The translations under genes and the position numbers were made by a program. Under the pieces are notes generated by a model, which saw nothing but the letters and a program-made list of their open reading frames with translations, was not told the origin of the DNA and made no database searches. From Calcarisporiella thermophila CBS 279.70 (taxonomy: Eukaryota; Fungi; Calcarisporiellomycota), in contig NW_027192199.1 of the NCBI RefSeq assembly GCF_041956535.1, positions 248,001 to 312,000 on the forward strand: 64,000 bases of DNA, read 5' to 3'. Positions 49,185-62,233 of this stretch are shown here, piece by piece; the stretch's first letter is position 1, and the number at the start of each line of letters is the position of its first letter.

Positions 49185-49888
49185 TTATACATTCTTCTCT
49201 ACCGGTAGGTAGAGTTTCATTTCCGGGGGTAGTTCATCTTCAGTATATAAACGATCTGCAAAGTAGATGCGCCGTATCCGGCAGTTGGCATGAATATCAA
49301 CGCGTAATGTCTCGGCGTAATTGGTGCCATAGGCACGTCGTGTGTAGTCGGCCAGGTTGAACTGAACATGGTTCCAACCCGGGTCCAGACGCATTGGCAT
49401 AGTACAAATATAGGGCTTCACCCGTGTGGTCATCTATGATGAATACGTCAATGCTTTGTCACGCCTGGTTACTTGTACACTAGAATACTTACCTGGAAAT
49501 TGGACGCACGAAATCGCCGCTTAATTCCTTTATCATCTAAAACAGTGACCTCAAATGAGAAAAAATGACCTGTGTTTTTCAGAATAAGCACCAAGAATGG
49601 AAGCTTGATGCCCAGGGTGCGGTCAACGGGAGCAGGGCATGTGATTCGAGTGTGGGCGAGGTTAGGGGAAGAGAGGTCAATCACGGTCGATTGGAGCTCA
49701 TCGTCAATAACGCGTTCAATGGACCCTTTTTCCCCCGTTTCCTTCTTCCAAAGTTGGAGAGGATCGGTGCCAATACTATATAAAATGGAGAGAAAACCAG
49801 CCTTAAAATAAAAAGGGGGGCATTAATTCCAAATTTCTTTCATCTTATCATCCAGCTATTCACGTACTTGAAATGTATTCCTAAACAT
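49185..49888 (-). CDS. CFAP20: Cilia- and flagella-associated protein 20 (BUG22/GTL3, DUF667)
   Basis: MFRNTFQ|[75 protein letters not shown]. Confidence 0.96.
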
Positions 49889-50505
49889 TAAGGAATGATA
49901 ATTGTATATTAAATGACTAGACCTCGCGCCTATTTTGTGATCGTTAATTTTGAGAAAAGACGGTGGCGCAGTCTATTTACATGCTCTTTTGGGATATATA
50001 AAGAGGGGATGTTTTCGTTTTGGCTTCCTTATGGTTTATGACATGCTTGGTTTTGGCAGAAAGCATACTTTTTTCTTCATGGAAAATATAGTATGTTTAT
50101 TTGCATCCGAGCATAAGAGTAATATCGGCATCTGCCCGTTGTATCTGCCACGCTATAGACCTTAAAATATTCTGGCCGTGGTTCGTTAATACGGGTATAA
50201 TCAATCCAAGAATTGAAATCATTCGATATTGAAAAGATTGCTTTTTGAGAAATGCAATCAGTAAATTTGGCCTCATCATGCCAATACTACACCTGAGAAT
50301 GGCATACTCTTTGGGATGCAATATGGTGAACTTGCATTGATGATTTACTGAAATAGGAATTAGAAAGACAATCATTACATTACAATTAAATTTAAAAGTG
50401 GAATGCTCGGCGTCACGTATGTGTTGGCTATACGGGATGCCTCACTCATTCGCACAAAAGACATGCATTAAAAATGGGTGTGAGCTCATATTAAAACATC
50501 GAAAT

Positions 50506-52446
50506 TTACGCTCCAGCCTCTTGACCCTCTTTTGCGCCAGCATTCTCTTGAGTTTCGATTTTTTGCTCGGTACCCGGGGTCTGCTGGAGTTCGGTTTCCT
50601 CCACCTTTTGCCCACTATGCTCGTCAGCCTCCGCCTCCTTACCCTCTGCTCCCGAATCGCTGATATAATTCGTGTCGGTGATTTGGCGACAAACCACAAA
50701 TATACCTGGCAGAGCTACGAGTAGCAGGACAAAATTGAGGATGGCCTCACCCATATAAGGGATGCTAGTGGAATCGATTGCCCAGGAAATAGCGCCTCCG
50801 GCGCTCTGAATGCTCTTGTAAAATCCTTTTACAAGTCAGATTCGTTAATCGTGCTCTAAAGCACCAAGCTGTCTAGTGGCGACTTAACTTACCAGCATAT
50901 CGAGATAAGGTCAGAGGATCATTGGTAAGAGCGCCCATTATCCAGTAGCAGTACACCTGGAACATGGCATCGTTGAACCCGTAGAGCAGGTAGACAATAA
51001 ATGGCCCCCCGAAGCGTGAGTCGTTTAAATCCACGCCAAGCGATGGGTCATTGCGCGTGAACGTGCTCTGCCACGCAAGTCCTCCAATCCAATTAATGAT
51101 GAAAAGCGAGGACACAATTCCAAATCCAATATAAGCGCGTTTGCGCCGAGGAAAGCGTTGTAGATCCAGGATGGTGCCCAGCAACAGAGCGCCGAAGATC
51201 TGCGCGGCCCTATTTGTAACGAAAGGGTGAGCATTGGAACGATGCATGCGTGAGCACACAGTGGTCTGCTATCCGTTACCAGTATATCACGTTGTTGAGG
51301 GCCTTGGCTCGAACACTGAAATACACCCCGTTGATCCTAAATTGATACGAGTAGAAAAAGTTGCTGTAGAGGAAGGCGAAAAACAGCCACAAGAGGGTTT
51401 TGTTGAAGAGCAGCTTCAACACTTCGATGGCCTCGGGAATAACCTCGGGATATTTGAAATTGTTGACGCGAGAGCCGTCCTTGCGCCGGACATAGTTTGG
51501 TGAGACCATGAGCAGGATTAGAACCGTCCCCAGCGACATGATAATCATGATCGCGATGTAGGTCGAGGGGGCTACTGCGCCAACCGAGCTGTTTCCAGCG
51601 TTAAGTGCGAGCATAACGATCGAGCCAATAAGAGCGCCACAATTGAATATCATCCTAATACGATGCAATTGTCAGCGGGGAGGTTATAAAAAGTAAAATG
51701 GTGTTTGAAATCAGTCCTGACCAAAACAAGGAGATATAACGGCCCTTTGACGCTTCGTCTGGATAGCTGGGTATGAAAATGGGAGGTTAGATTTTCTATA
51801 GTAAAAAGTACTAGTAAAAAGAATTAGGGCTATGTACCTCATCATGATAGCGCCCTGGGCGGCCCACAATAGACCAGCGCATATCCCGAGGATGCATCCG
51901 GCAGCAACCACAAAAGCACCGTTTTGAGACGTCTGATAATCATAAAACGAGCCCGCATACAGGACATAGCCCCATCCTCCAAGAAAGAGGGTAAGTTTTG
52001 GACCAAGGATGTTATTGATACTATAAAAAGTATGCATGGTAAGCATTTAGTCAAGGATTTGAGAACAAATAACGAAACTTTACCCTCCTGCGGCAAAACT
52101 CACTATCGCAAACAACGCATATAAGCCAGCATTTGCTCGGCTGACTGTACTGATATCATTCTCTGCTAAACCAGCCCCCCCAATACCATTAAGGGCATTG
52201 AACAGACCTGGACAGCAGAAGCTAAACGGACATGTAAATGTCAAGCCGGGCCCATTGAAACAACGAGCTAAATACTCACCAGACTAGTCCTAGCAAGCCC
52301 ACTTGCACTATGGGCTGTCGGTACCAGCGATAGAGTTCGAAGTTGCTTAGTTTATCGTCAACTTTGCCCCAGAAGTTCTCCCTATTATTGATAATAGAAG
52401 CCTTAATACGAGAAAGAGACGCAGATGGAGATAGATAGGCCTACAT
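50506..52446 (-). CDS. UNC-93-like MFS transporter / ion channel regulator
   Basis: QVGLLGLVC|FCCPGLFNALNGIGGAG, GLLWAAQGAIMM, YSNFFYSYQF, FSVRAKALNN, RYAGFYKSIQSAGGAISW. Confidence 0.9.
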
Positions 52447-53907
52447 GCTTTGTGACAGAGCTCCAGGAAGGAGTAAGAGAAGAAAGAGAAGAAGAAATGC
52501 GGGATATTGGACGGATAAAAAGGCACTAATGAAAAAGAGGAAAGCAGAGTCACAGGCAAACCTAAATTCTATTTCAAAGCAATTGGGAAGACGCATGGGC
52601 TTTCCCGTAGAGGGAGACGTTTGAGACTGCGGTTATGCCGACAGGGATTATAGTTTCATCCTCAGGGAGGGAAAATAGGATGGTCGCAGGGTGAGGTGGA
52701 GAATAAGGAAAAGCACGCGGTCCACCGCTCTATGCTAGTACAGGAGCAATCCTTAATCACGATGAATACTCCAGCCGGGGGGCATGATTTCCTGGCATTT
52801 CTGACGGGTTTCAGACGTATTGAAGAGAGCCACAGAAGAGAAGGAGAAAGAACTCGATATGCCGGGCCTGCGCGTTGTCAGAGCCGACCACTACTCAGCA
52901 GCCAGTTCCTGCTCCGCCTACTTTACTTCTTCTCGGGCCTCCATTGCCACTACGGAGGCCGAGTGCTAGGAAAAGCGTGTGCATTCTGAGTTCCAACAAG
53001 GCGAAGATACCGGAAAGCGGACCCGAATGAGCCACAGCTCCGCTTACCTTTGCTTACTCATTCCAAGCATGGAGAGGGGGATGGGGGGAGCGCACTGACG
53101 TGCCCCTTAACATGATTGTACCAGTTTTCATTTACCGTGTTTCGAATTTTCAATTAAAATCACGCGGGCCCATCTCAATGGTCTTTGGCTAGAAGGCATC
53201 TTGTTACAAGACTACTCTGCCACCTCGGCCATGGATATCTGTTGCTACTAGTGTTACTCGATGTCGCTTTTCTTCTCTGCGGTTCGACGCTACTCGGACG
53301 GGTTATTTTTAGACGGTTAGTAATTGCTTGGCAGTTAGGTTAGGTTAGATGCTGACGAGTGGTCCCAAAAGATCTACATATCTCTTATTCCAATAGAGGG
53401 AGATAGTCAAACAGCCGAATTTTCATACAACAAAACCTCTTTATTTATCAGAAAGAATTCGCTGAGTTGTATAGTGCTGACAGTCATAGTTCTTAGATTT
53501 TCTTCTTGAATTCCCTCTATCATTAATAGGTTTTTTTTATTTAAATTGACCCGTTTCTATATCTGGCATTTTCAAGAAGAGTGCCTCCCCAGAAAAAACA
53601 ATTATTTCGTCTGGAACTGAAGAGTGTGCACACTTTCGTTGGCTCTGTCAATAGTTTCTAATCATCGATTCATCGGGAGACAGTAGAAACGTCAGCCCTC
53701 CATTTGATTCTCTTTAGAGTATCGCAAGAAAATTTGGAGGTAGCTATTGCGATGGATATTATCTGAATTGGTTCGACTGTGGAAAATGGCTTCTAACCTT
53801 TTTTTTTTCTCTGCTGTCTGTGCTTATTAAGCGTCCCAGGCCCTTAAACAACAGGAACAGAAATATTACGAGCTACAAGCGGAGGTCATAGCCCCTATAG
53901 AGCCTGG

Positions 53908-56900
53908 ATGAATGGGAATCCACTACAACACAAGGCCTATTTTGTTGACAAATTCAAAACCATGTTATCTTCGGATAGAAAAGATTCACCCATGATGATG
54001 AAGAATGGAGGCGATTTCATCGAAAAACTCACGGGGTTTCCGCCTCCCGCTTCACAAGTCCTTGGCAAAAGCGTCATCTCTAATCCTGACTCCATTACCG
54101 GCGTTGAATTCAGTGATGTATCCGATCATGACTGCGATGCGGCTCCTTCTTGGAATGAATTTATTGCTCGCTACGCACAGGGATTCTACCTCAACCATAT
54201 TCCACCACAACCCCCATCCCCCGACTCTTATTCCAGCGACGATCGCAGCGCCGAATCACCCAACCGCCGCATGGAGTACTTCCCCGCCCCATATCCGGCG
54301 AATGAAGAGCTTCGCCAGCGGGCCCTGTATCGCTATCGCATCCTGCAATCGGAGCCGGAGGTGATGTTCGACCGCATTGCCTATCTGGTGCGCCACCTAT
54401 TTGATGCCCATGCATGTTATATATCCCTTGTTGACAAGGAAACCACTTGGTACAAGACTGAAGTGGGCTTCTCCCAGGTTTGCCTTGATCGTGATGTCAG
54501 CCTGTGCACCCATGCCGTTCTGAGTCCAGAGGGGGACCCTTTAGTGGTCCTGGACACCCTAAAGGATTGGCGTTTTGCGAAAAACCCGCAGGTGGTCTCC
54601 GAGCCCTACATTAGATTTTACGCAGGGGCCCCGCTGCGCACCAGCGATGGCTTCAACATTGGTGTTTTGTGTGCCGTCGACACGCGGCCACGGGACGAGT
54701 TTACAATCGAGCAGCGCCGGCAGCTGCGGGACTTCGCGGATATGGTGATGCATCAGATTGACCTCGTTAGCAACACCCTACGTCTCCGTATCCACAATCG
54801 CATGCAGGTCAGCATCACGGAATTTACCCGCACGTGCTGTGAAAACAACAAGCTGCAATTCACGATGGGCTCGCCAGAGATTCTATCCCCCGACTCTGTG
54901 TGCATGCGGCGTGAGCATCGCCTTGCCTGCCGCCTCATTCACGAAACCCTCCAAGTCGACGCCGCCCTGGTCATCGAGCTCTTGCCGGCTGAGCCCCTGC
55001 CCGAGCACCACCGGCTCCACCAGGCCGTTTCTGCCAACAAAATCTGTGTCGGCCGTCCGTCGACGCTCGAGCAGAGTTCGGAGATCCACTCGGTCACCGC
55101 GGTCGGACTGGACGACCAGGAGTACCGGAGCCGCACGAGCATACGGCAGGAGGTGGAGAGGCTGCTTCGGGATGCTCACGTCATGGAGAACATCGTTGCT
55201 GCCGAGAATTCCTCCGTGTACATCTACCAGAACAATTTGCCGCCCTCTTCCGGATACGCATCCGCAATTGTGGTAGGCCTGCACTCTCCCAAGGCGCACT
55301 GCTCCACCTTGGCAGAGTGCACGCTTGCCGCCTCCACCAACCCAGACGCACTCATCGTGGTGCTAACCAAGGATACAAAGCGGGTGTTCGAGGAGTCCGA
55401 CAGCCTATACCTAATGAACTTTGCCGCGGCCGTGATGAACGAACACATCAAAAAGGGCGTGATTGCCGCGGATTTGGCGAAAACCGCGTTTATATCAAGG
55501 TAAGCAGTGCTCGCACTAGCATGATGTGCTTGAATTTTTTTTTTCTGATGGAGCAATCTTTCATTTCCATCGTCAGTGTCTCCCACGAGTTCCGCACCCC
55601 ACTCCACGGGATCCTTGCTCTGCTCGAACTACTCCTCCCTCCCGACGCCCCTCAACATCGCCCCCCCATTTCTCCCGAAACCACCGACCCCAACCTTTCC
55701 CCCACATTGCAGGATAATGTCTCCGGCTTTGATCCCCTTACCCCCAACCAACAAAATTTATTGCGCACAATCGAGTCGTGTGGTCGCTCGCTCACCTCGA
55801 TCGTGAACAATGTGCTCGAATTTGCACGGCTTGAGCACCGTCGTGTGGTCCCGCACGAGGAGGGGGAAAATGTGAACTTGGTGAGGCTGTGTGAGGAAAT
55901 CGGAGAGAGCATGGGGAGTCTTGTGGACCAAAACGTTGAATTTGTAGTGTCAGTAGAGGGTGATCGCGGAGAAAAGGACTGGGAGACAGCATGGACCGTC
56001 AAGTCAGTCGGGGGGATTTTGCGCCAAATCCTCGTCAACGTAAGTTAGCAGTGTTTTGTTTTTGCTTCATAAGGTGGATGATTGACGTGGTTCTGTGCAT
56101 GCATGTTTATTTTGATTTATATATATATTTTGTCGTCACTTGGGGTCATCGATAGCTCCTTGGGTAAGTGCTAGCTTAGATTGTCGAATCCCATATCTCA
56201 CTTCAGCGGAATAACACATGCTCCCATTTCGTTTGATTTAGGAACGCGTTCAAATTCACAACATCCGGCACCATCGAGCTCTCCCTTTCCCGCCCCACCG
56301 TTACAAGCCCGGCAACGACTCCTATGGAGGCGGATCCGTCGGTGGCAACCCTTCGTCTCCAAAGGACGCTTCCCTCCTCCACCTCCTCCTCCACCTCCTC
56401 CAATCCCTATAAGCTTGCCAAAATACCCATTGTCCTCACTGTGTCGGACACCGGCAAGGGCATCTCACGCAACTTTCTTCAAACACGGCTTTTCCAACCG
56501 TTTGCACAGGAGGATCCGCTCGCGCCCGGGACGGGGTTGGGGCTGAGTATTGTGCGGCTCTTGGTGGACAAGTTGGAGGGTCGGGTGGAGGTGGAGAGTA
56601 GGGAGGGGCACGGGAGCGTGTTCCGTGTGTACCTGTGGTGTGAGGAGGCGGACACCGAGGAAACGGATGTAAAAGAAGGGTCGGCGGCGGTGGCGGAAGA
56701 GGAGGAAGTCGCTGTTGTGGACACCAACGTGGAAATCGGAGAGGGTAAAGGTTTGTCGGCAAGCAACGAAGGCCATGGTGACAAGTCCAAGGATCGGCCG
56801 TGTCCTTTGACGATCAAGATGCCTGCGGCATGCCAAGCATCGCCCCACGGCCGTGCTCGATTACTGGTGCCCCAGGAGCGAAGATTAGGGCAGATCTTAA

Positions 56901-57878
56901 AGGAGTATCTCGGGGAATGGTGCGGTCTAGAGGTGGTCACCGGGGAGCCGAAGGGTGAGCACACACGAGACGATCTGGTGGTGGCCGAATATGGCCCTGA
57001 GCTCATCCGCTGCTTAACCACCTCTCGAACACGGGCCGTTGTGATCACCCCCATCTCCGAGTTGGGGCAGGCGGCGAGCGAGATTGCCGAAGCGCGGCGG
57101 CGCGGGTTCCAAGCCCCCGTAGAATTAGTAGGGAAGCCGGTGGGGCCATTGAAATTGCTCAGGGCGGTTCAGCAGTGCTTCAGCGCTCCCGATCCCACGG
57201 AAAACGCCGAGAGCGAGGGTGTGGAGCTCGACGACCCACGGGGGGAGGACGCGGAGAGTGGGGGTGGACAAGGCCGGAAAAAGCACCCGCTAGAGAGGCT
57301 CAACCTGCAAACGAATGGGCGCAGCTTATCCAGCCAGAGCCTGATATCGACGCCGACGCTGGAGGCGGGATCGCCCTTCTCTCCCACGCCCACCTCGGCC
57401 TCTCCCACCACTCCGCCGTATGTGCTCGTGGTGGAGGACAACTCCGTCAACCGAATGATCCTGGCCAACTTTCTGAAGAAGCGGGGGGTACCATTTGAGG
57501 AGGCCGAGAACGGCTTGAGGGGAGTCGAGATATTTAAGCAGCGGCAGGACGATGGACGGCGATTCGACGTTGTATTGATGGGTAAGTAGGGGACACTCGT
57601 CTTCTCTCTTGGTTGACCCGATCTCACCCCCCCCCCCCCCTTTTTTTTTTTTCCTTCCTCTAGACATCAATATGCCCGTGATGGACGGGAACAAGGCCAC
57701 GCAGGAGATGCGGCATTTAGAGCGCGAGACCGGCCATCGCACCACCATCATCGCTCTCACCGGGCTTGCGAGCGACCATGATAGACGCTTCGCCTACGAC
57801 TGTGGGATGGACGAGTTTTTAACCAAGCCAGTCAGCTTAGTCAGGCTGGCGGATATCCTCAAGAGCAATTTTGCATAA
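53908..57878 (+). CDS. Hybrid sensor histidine kinase (GAF - GAF-like - HisKA - HATPase - receiver)
   Basis: GAF: NEELRQRALYRYRIL...SLCTHAV...IRFYAGAPLRTSDGFNIGVLCAVD. H-box VSHEFRTPLHGI, N-box QILVNLLGNAFKFT, DTGKGIS and GTGLGLSIV. Receiver VVEDNSVN...VLMDINMPVMDG...FLTKP. Confidence 0.94.
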
Positions 57879-58192
57879 GTCATTGGAGTTTGCTTTCGAT
57901 TCTGTTCTTTTTCCTCTTCTTCTCTTTATTATGTAATTGTTTTTTTATTTGATGTTTAGTTCCTCTTTTCAGCTCTCCACACTTTTTCCTATTTTCATTC
58001 CCTGTATGTAAAGACAATCTAATCTTGATAAAGGCTGCTACCTATACGCACATGAATTGGGCTGGCCTTTTGGCCAGCGAGACGGCTCATCGATCCTGCC
58101 CGATGCAAATTGAGCTCCGACCAAATCACGACAAGGGCCGAGGGCCTAGCCGTGGAAATAGGCAAGCACTGCACCTGAGATAGTGGAGAAAA

Positions 58193-60194
58193 ATGGTCGA
58201 TCGCCTGGACATTGTGTACGCGATCCTTGTCACTCTCCATCTCTTCCTCTGCCCCTACACCAAGGTGGAGGAGAGTTTTAATTTGCAAGCCATCCACGAT
58301 GTGATGCGCTTCGGTGTATTCCCGGATGCCCTGAAAAAGGTGAGAGCTGCCTCCGGGAGGAGGGTTAGGGGCTGTATTATGGAATGCTTGCGATCCACGG
58401 GCTACCCTCTGGAACCCCTCCCCTTCCCCGCCTTCGCACTTTTCTTTTCTCTCCACTCCACCATCTGACTGACGCGTCTCTCCACGCTTGCAACCTCGCC
58501 TCTTCTTCCTCACTCTTACAGTATGATCATTTCGAATTCCCGGGGGTAGTTCCTCGTACCTTTGTGGGAGCGCTCGCAATCGGCGGCCCCCTGCGGGCTC
58601 TCTCCCAAGGGCTGGAGCTTGCTGGGGTGGAGGTCAGCAAGTTTGTTTGGCAGTATTCCGGTAATGTCCCCCATTTCTTAAGGCATTGGCGTGGGATGCC
58701 CATTAACCTTCGATGCTGTAGCGCGGTTCATTCTGGGCCTCTTCACCGCCTACTCGCTCGCCCGTTTACGGCGCTCCGTCGCACTGCAGTTTGGAAAGCC
58801 GGTCGCCAATGCGATGGCGCTTCTCAACTGCAGCCAGTTCCACACGGTATTCTGGGTCTCGCGAACGCTACCCAACATGTTCGCATATCCCCTAGGTAGG
58901 TCCGACGGCCCCTTGTTAGCAAGCACGCGTATTCACCCTTTGCCTCTTCACCCCCAGTTCTCCTTGCCTATGCGCACTGGCTCCAGCCGTCCCTCCGCCC
59001 CGACGAATACCGCGCCGCCCACCTGTATCCCATGATCCGTCTGCTCGTGTTCGCCACCGTGGTGTTTCGCTTCGAGCTCGCCATGTTGCTTGCGCCCATC
59101 GTCGCGGTGGAGTGGCTCGTGCTGCGGCGCCTGCCCTTCTGGCGCACCGTGTATGAGGGCGCCCTGGCCACGGGCGCAAGCTTCTTGCTGACGGTGGCGG
59201 TCGACTCGTACTTTTGGCAACGGCCGGGGCTGTGGCCCGAGGGGGCGGTGTTCTACTTCAACGGGATTCTCGGCAAGCATGTCGAGTGGGGGGTGAGTCC
59301 ATGCCGCTTTTCTATCCCATAGGCCCCTGCCTGATGAAGGACCCACGTAGGTGGCCCCGTTCCACGCCTACTTCGCCTCGCTGCTGCCCCGGATCCTCGT
59401 GGTCGCGTACCCCCTTGCGGCCATCGGCATGCTGCTGGACCATCGTGTGCGCCGGTACGTCACGCCCATCCTCGCGTTCGTCGTGCTCTTCTCCTTCGTG
59501 GCCCACAAGGAGTGGCGCTTTGTCGTGTATGTGGTGCCGGTGTTCAACCTTGCGGCCGGGGTCGCCCTCATCCGCCTGTACCTGAAGTCGCGCTCGTCCG
59601 CGGTGTATCGGCTCGCGATCTTTGGATTCGTCTCGCTCATCATGGCGAGCTTCATGGCGAGCGGCCTGGGCGTGCTCGTGTCGAGGCACAATTACCCGGG
59701 CGGGGTGGCGCTTGCAAGGTTACATGTGCTGGAGGCGAACGCCACCGACGGTAAATTCCTTCTTTTTCTGCAAGGAGAGGCGGCTGGCGGCGGATAGGCC
59801 GCCGGGCGCTTTCTCGTTGGGGCATGCTTTATTGATGCGGGGAGCTCTGTGTTGGTTTACAGTCCATGCGCACATCGATGTCACCACGGCCATGACGGGG
59901 GCGTCGCGGTTCGGGCAGCTGCGGGAGGACTGGAGATACTCCAAGGTGGAGACCCACCAGAGCCCCGACGAGTACACCGTGTACACCCACCTCCTGACCG
60001 CCTCCCCCGCCCAGCACGAGGCGCGGTTTGCGGTGCTGGAGGAGGTGAGCGGGTACGCGGGCATGAAAATTCGCAGGCCGAGCAAGACGCGGGAGGAGGC
60101 GGCCGCTCGCTTACGCGATGAGGGGTGGTGGGCCCTCAGCCCGGTGGAGATCCTGCTGAAGCCCCAGGTCTGGATTATGAAGCGGCGAGACTGA
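58193..60194 (+). CDS. ALG12: Dol-P-Man:Man7GlcNAc2-PP-Dol alpha-1,6-mannosyltransferase (GT22)
   Basis: [68 protein letters not shown]. Confidence 0.94.
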
Positions 60195-62233
60195 CGAACA
60201 CATGAAAAAAGAAAAAGGAGTAGCGCCCTAGGCGCAATCCAATGTCGGGCGTTTTCAATGCAAGAAAAAGGTCTTTATTTGAAAAAAAAAAAAGAATAAA
60301 TAAGTGGGAATTGGGGGATATGGATTTGCTTGATATCTAGATAGGCTAGGATCATCATGCAAGCTTGGCATTCGATATCAGTTGCCCATTTTTTGCAAAG
60401 GGCCCATGGTTACATAGAATAGAGGTCTCCGCCGATACACATGAAGACAGCTTTAGCTTATCCATGTCATTTAGTACCCCCAGACTAGCTTGAGGGAGGG
60501 CCTGGGAATTAGCTGGAGACAGTCCTTTTGGAATAGGAGTACATGTTCCGATAGCTGGGAGCATGAATGCTGAGGGAGTCGAGAATGGTGTGTTTAGACC
60601 AGATGGTGCAAATCTGGCGAGCAGGTCAGCCCCATTTTCATGGCGAATACTGCCGTGGGGCTGCCATTGGTTCCATGGGCCAATTTGACCCTAGGCTCAT
60701 CTCACGTTGTCATTGTCGAGTCCATCGCCCGAGACGAAGCTATCTCGCAAGGATCAGTGGCAAAACACGGATGGTCCGGAAATTTCCATGGAGCCATTCA
60801 AAGAGTTTTCAGAGAACAACGTGGGTGCGAGCAAGAACCATTCTAGTTCTGTTCGTGGCCAAATAGTCCTCGCGCTCGGCAACAACGTGCGCGGATGCGT
60901 TACACCATCCATAAGCCTCGCAGCCCGCTGCTGCCGCGGGCAGGGATGGGCAGGGCAGGGCAGGAAGCCTTCCGATGGAGATGGACATGACGAAGATGAT
61001 GGCATGGGCGATGAGAGATGGAGAACAGCCAAGAGCCAGAAACCCTGCTCAGAATTCGGCATTCCGGGCCGGGCGGCTTGCGCTGGTAGGCGAAGGAGAT
61101 CAAATCCGAGGGTGGAGCGGGAGGGATTTTTGCCGCCCCTCTGCCGTCCTCCCTGATTCGCCGTGCGCCATCTTCATATGCTCCCGAAGCGGTGACGAGG
61201 GTGCCGCAAGCTCGGCGGAGCGCGAACGCAGCCAGGGCTCCCCCCCAATGGGAGGGCGCGGCGCTTGTTTTTCTCGGGGATGCGCAGCAGAGACACATGC
61301 AGCCAGCCCCGACCACAGGCTCCAAGAGCGGGAGCACAGTAGCGTTGAATGAAGTGCCACATCGGCTCAGCGTTCTATGGAGAACGGGCCGTGATGACAT
61401 CGGATGGCCCCTAAATGGGAAGGCCCTTGGTGCGGCCCTGCGCAAGCCTCCGCCGATTAGCCTTTCCGGGCTAATCGCGGCCCCCGCCATTTGCGGCTGC
61501 AAATCACAGCCGAGACCCCCGGCGCCCTCCCCCTTCGCAGCGCTCGGCGGTTTGACGGCGCCCCTTGCTCTGCAGCGCCGGGGAAGGCGCCCGTTGGCTG
61601 GACGGGGCCCTTTGAGTTAGATTAAGCGCGGAGCCGTGGTACCTCCGCAAGATGGACAGCGATATCGGGACAGGCCAGCGCATCCATGGCTTCTATGAAA
61701 CGCTTAGCCAATCGCCGGCCACGTCCTGCAATCTTGGAGAGCAAGCAGGAGACCGCAAAGCTTAAACCGCGATCATCTCGCGGAGCCGACTGGGCGGGCC
61801 ATCGCGCCCCTCCTGCGGCGCGGCGGCAAGCAGAGTGCAGCGGAGAAGCGGGCGGCGGCTGGCCGGGCTCGGGCCGCCGGCTCCCGCCTCCCTGCCTGCG
61901 GCGCGCATCCCATCGGCAGGTCGCCAAACAAGCTTGCAGAGAGATCCCGGCCAACTCTAAAGCATCGGGCTATAGGGTTGCTGAGCTTGCCCATCTCGGC
62001 CAATAAACCGCCCTGGTTCATTTCTGTTTCCATCACGGATGTGGAGAAATGAAATCCCGTTTAACCTTATATTTTCGGCCTTGGGCTGGTTTTTCTTTCC
62101 TGCCGAAATTCGCGATTCTCTTCATCCCATTCCCCCCCCCCCCCCGACTCTCCCCCTCCCGCGCGCATCCCCCCTCCCCCCCTCCCCCCTATATCCTATT
62201 AATGTTACCCCGCGCATCTACCCTCCTAGCATA

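Noticed and set aside
60355-62040. Cluster of overlapping ORFs between ALG12 and the third methyltransferase
   Set aside because: Low-complexity Arg/Ala/Pro-rich translations with no domain. Consistent with a GC-rich intergenic or promoter region.
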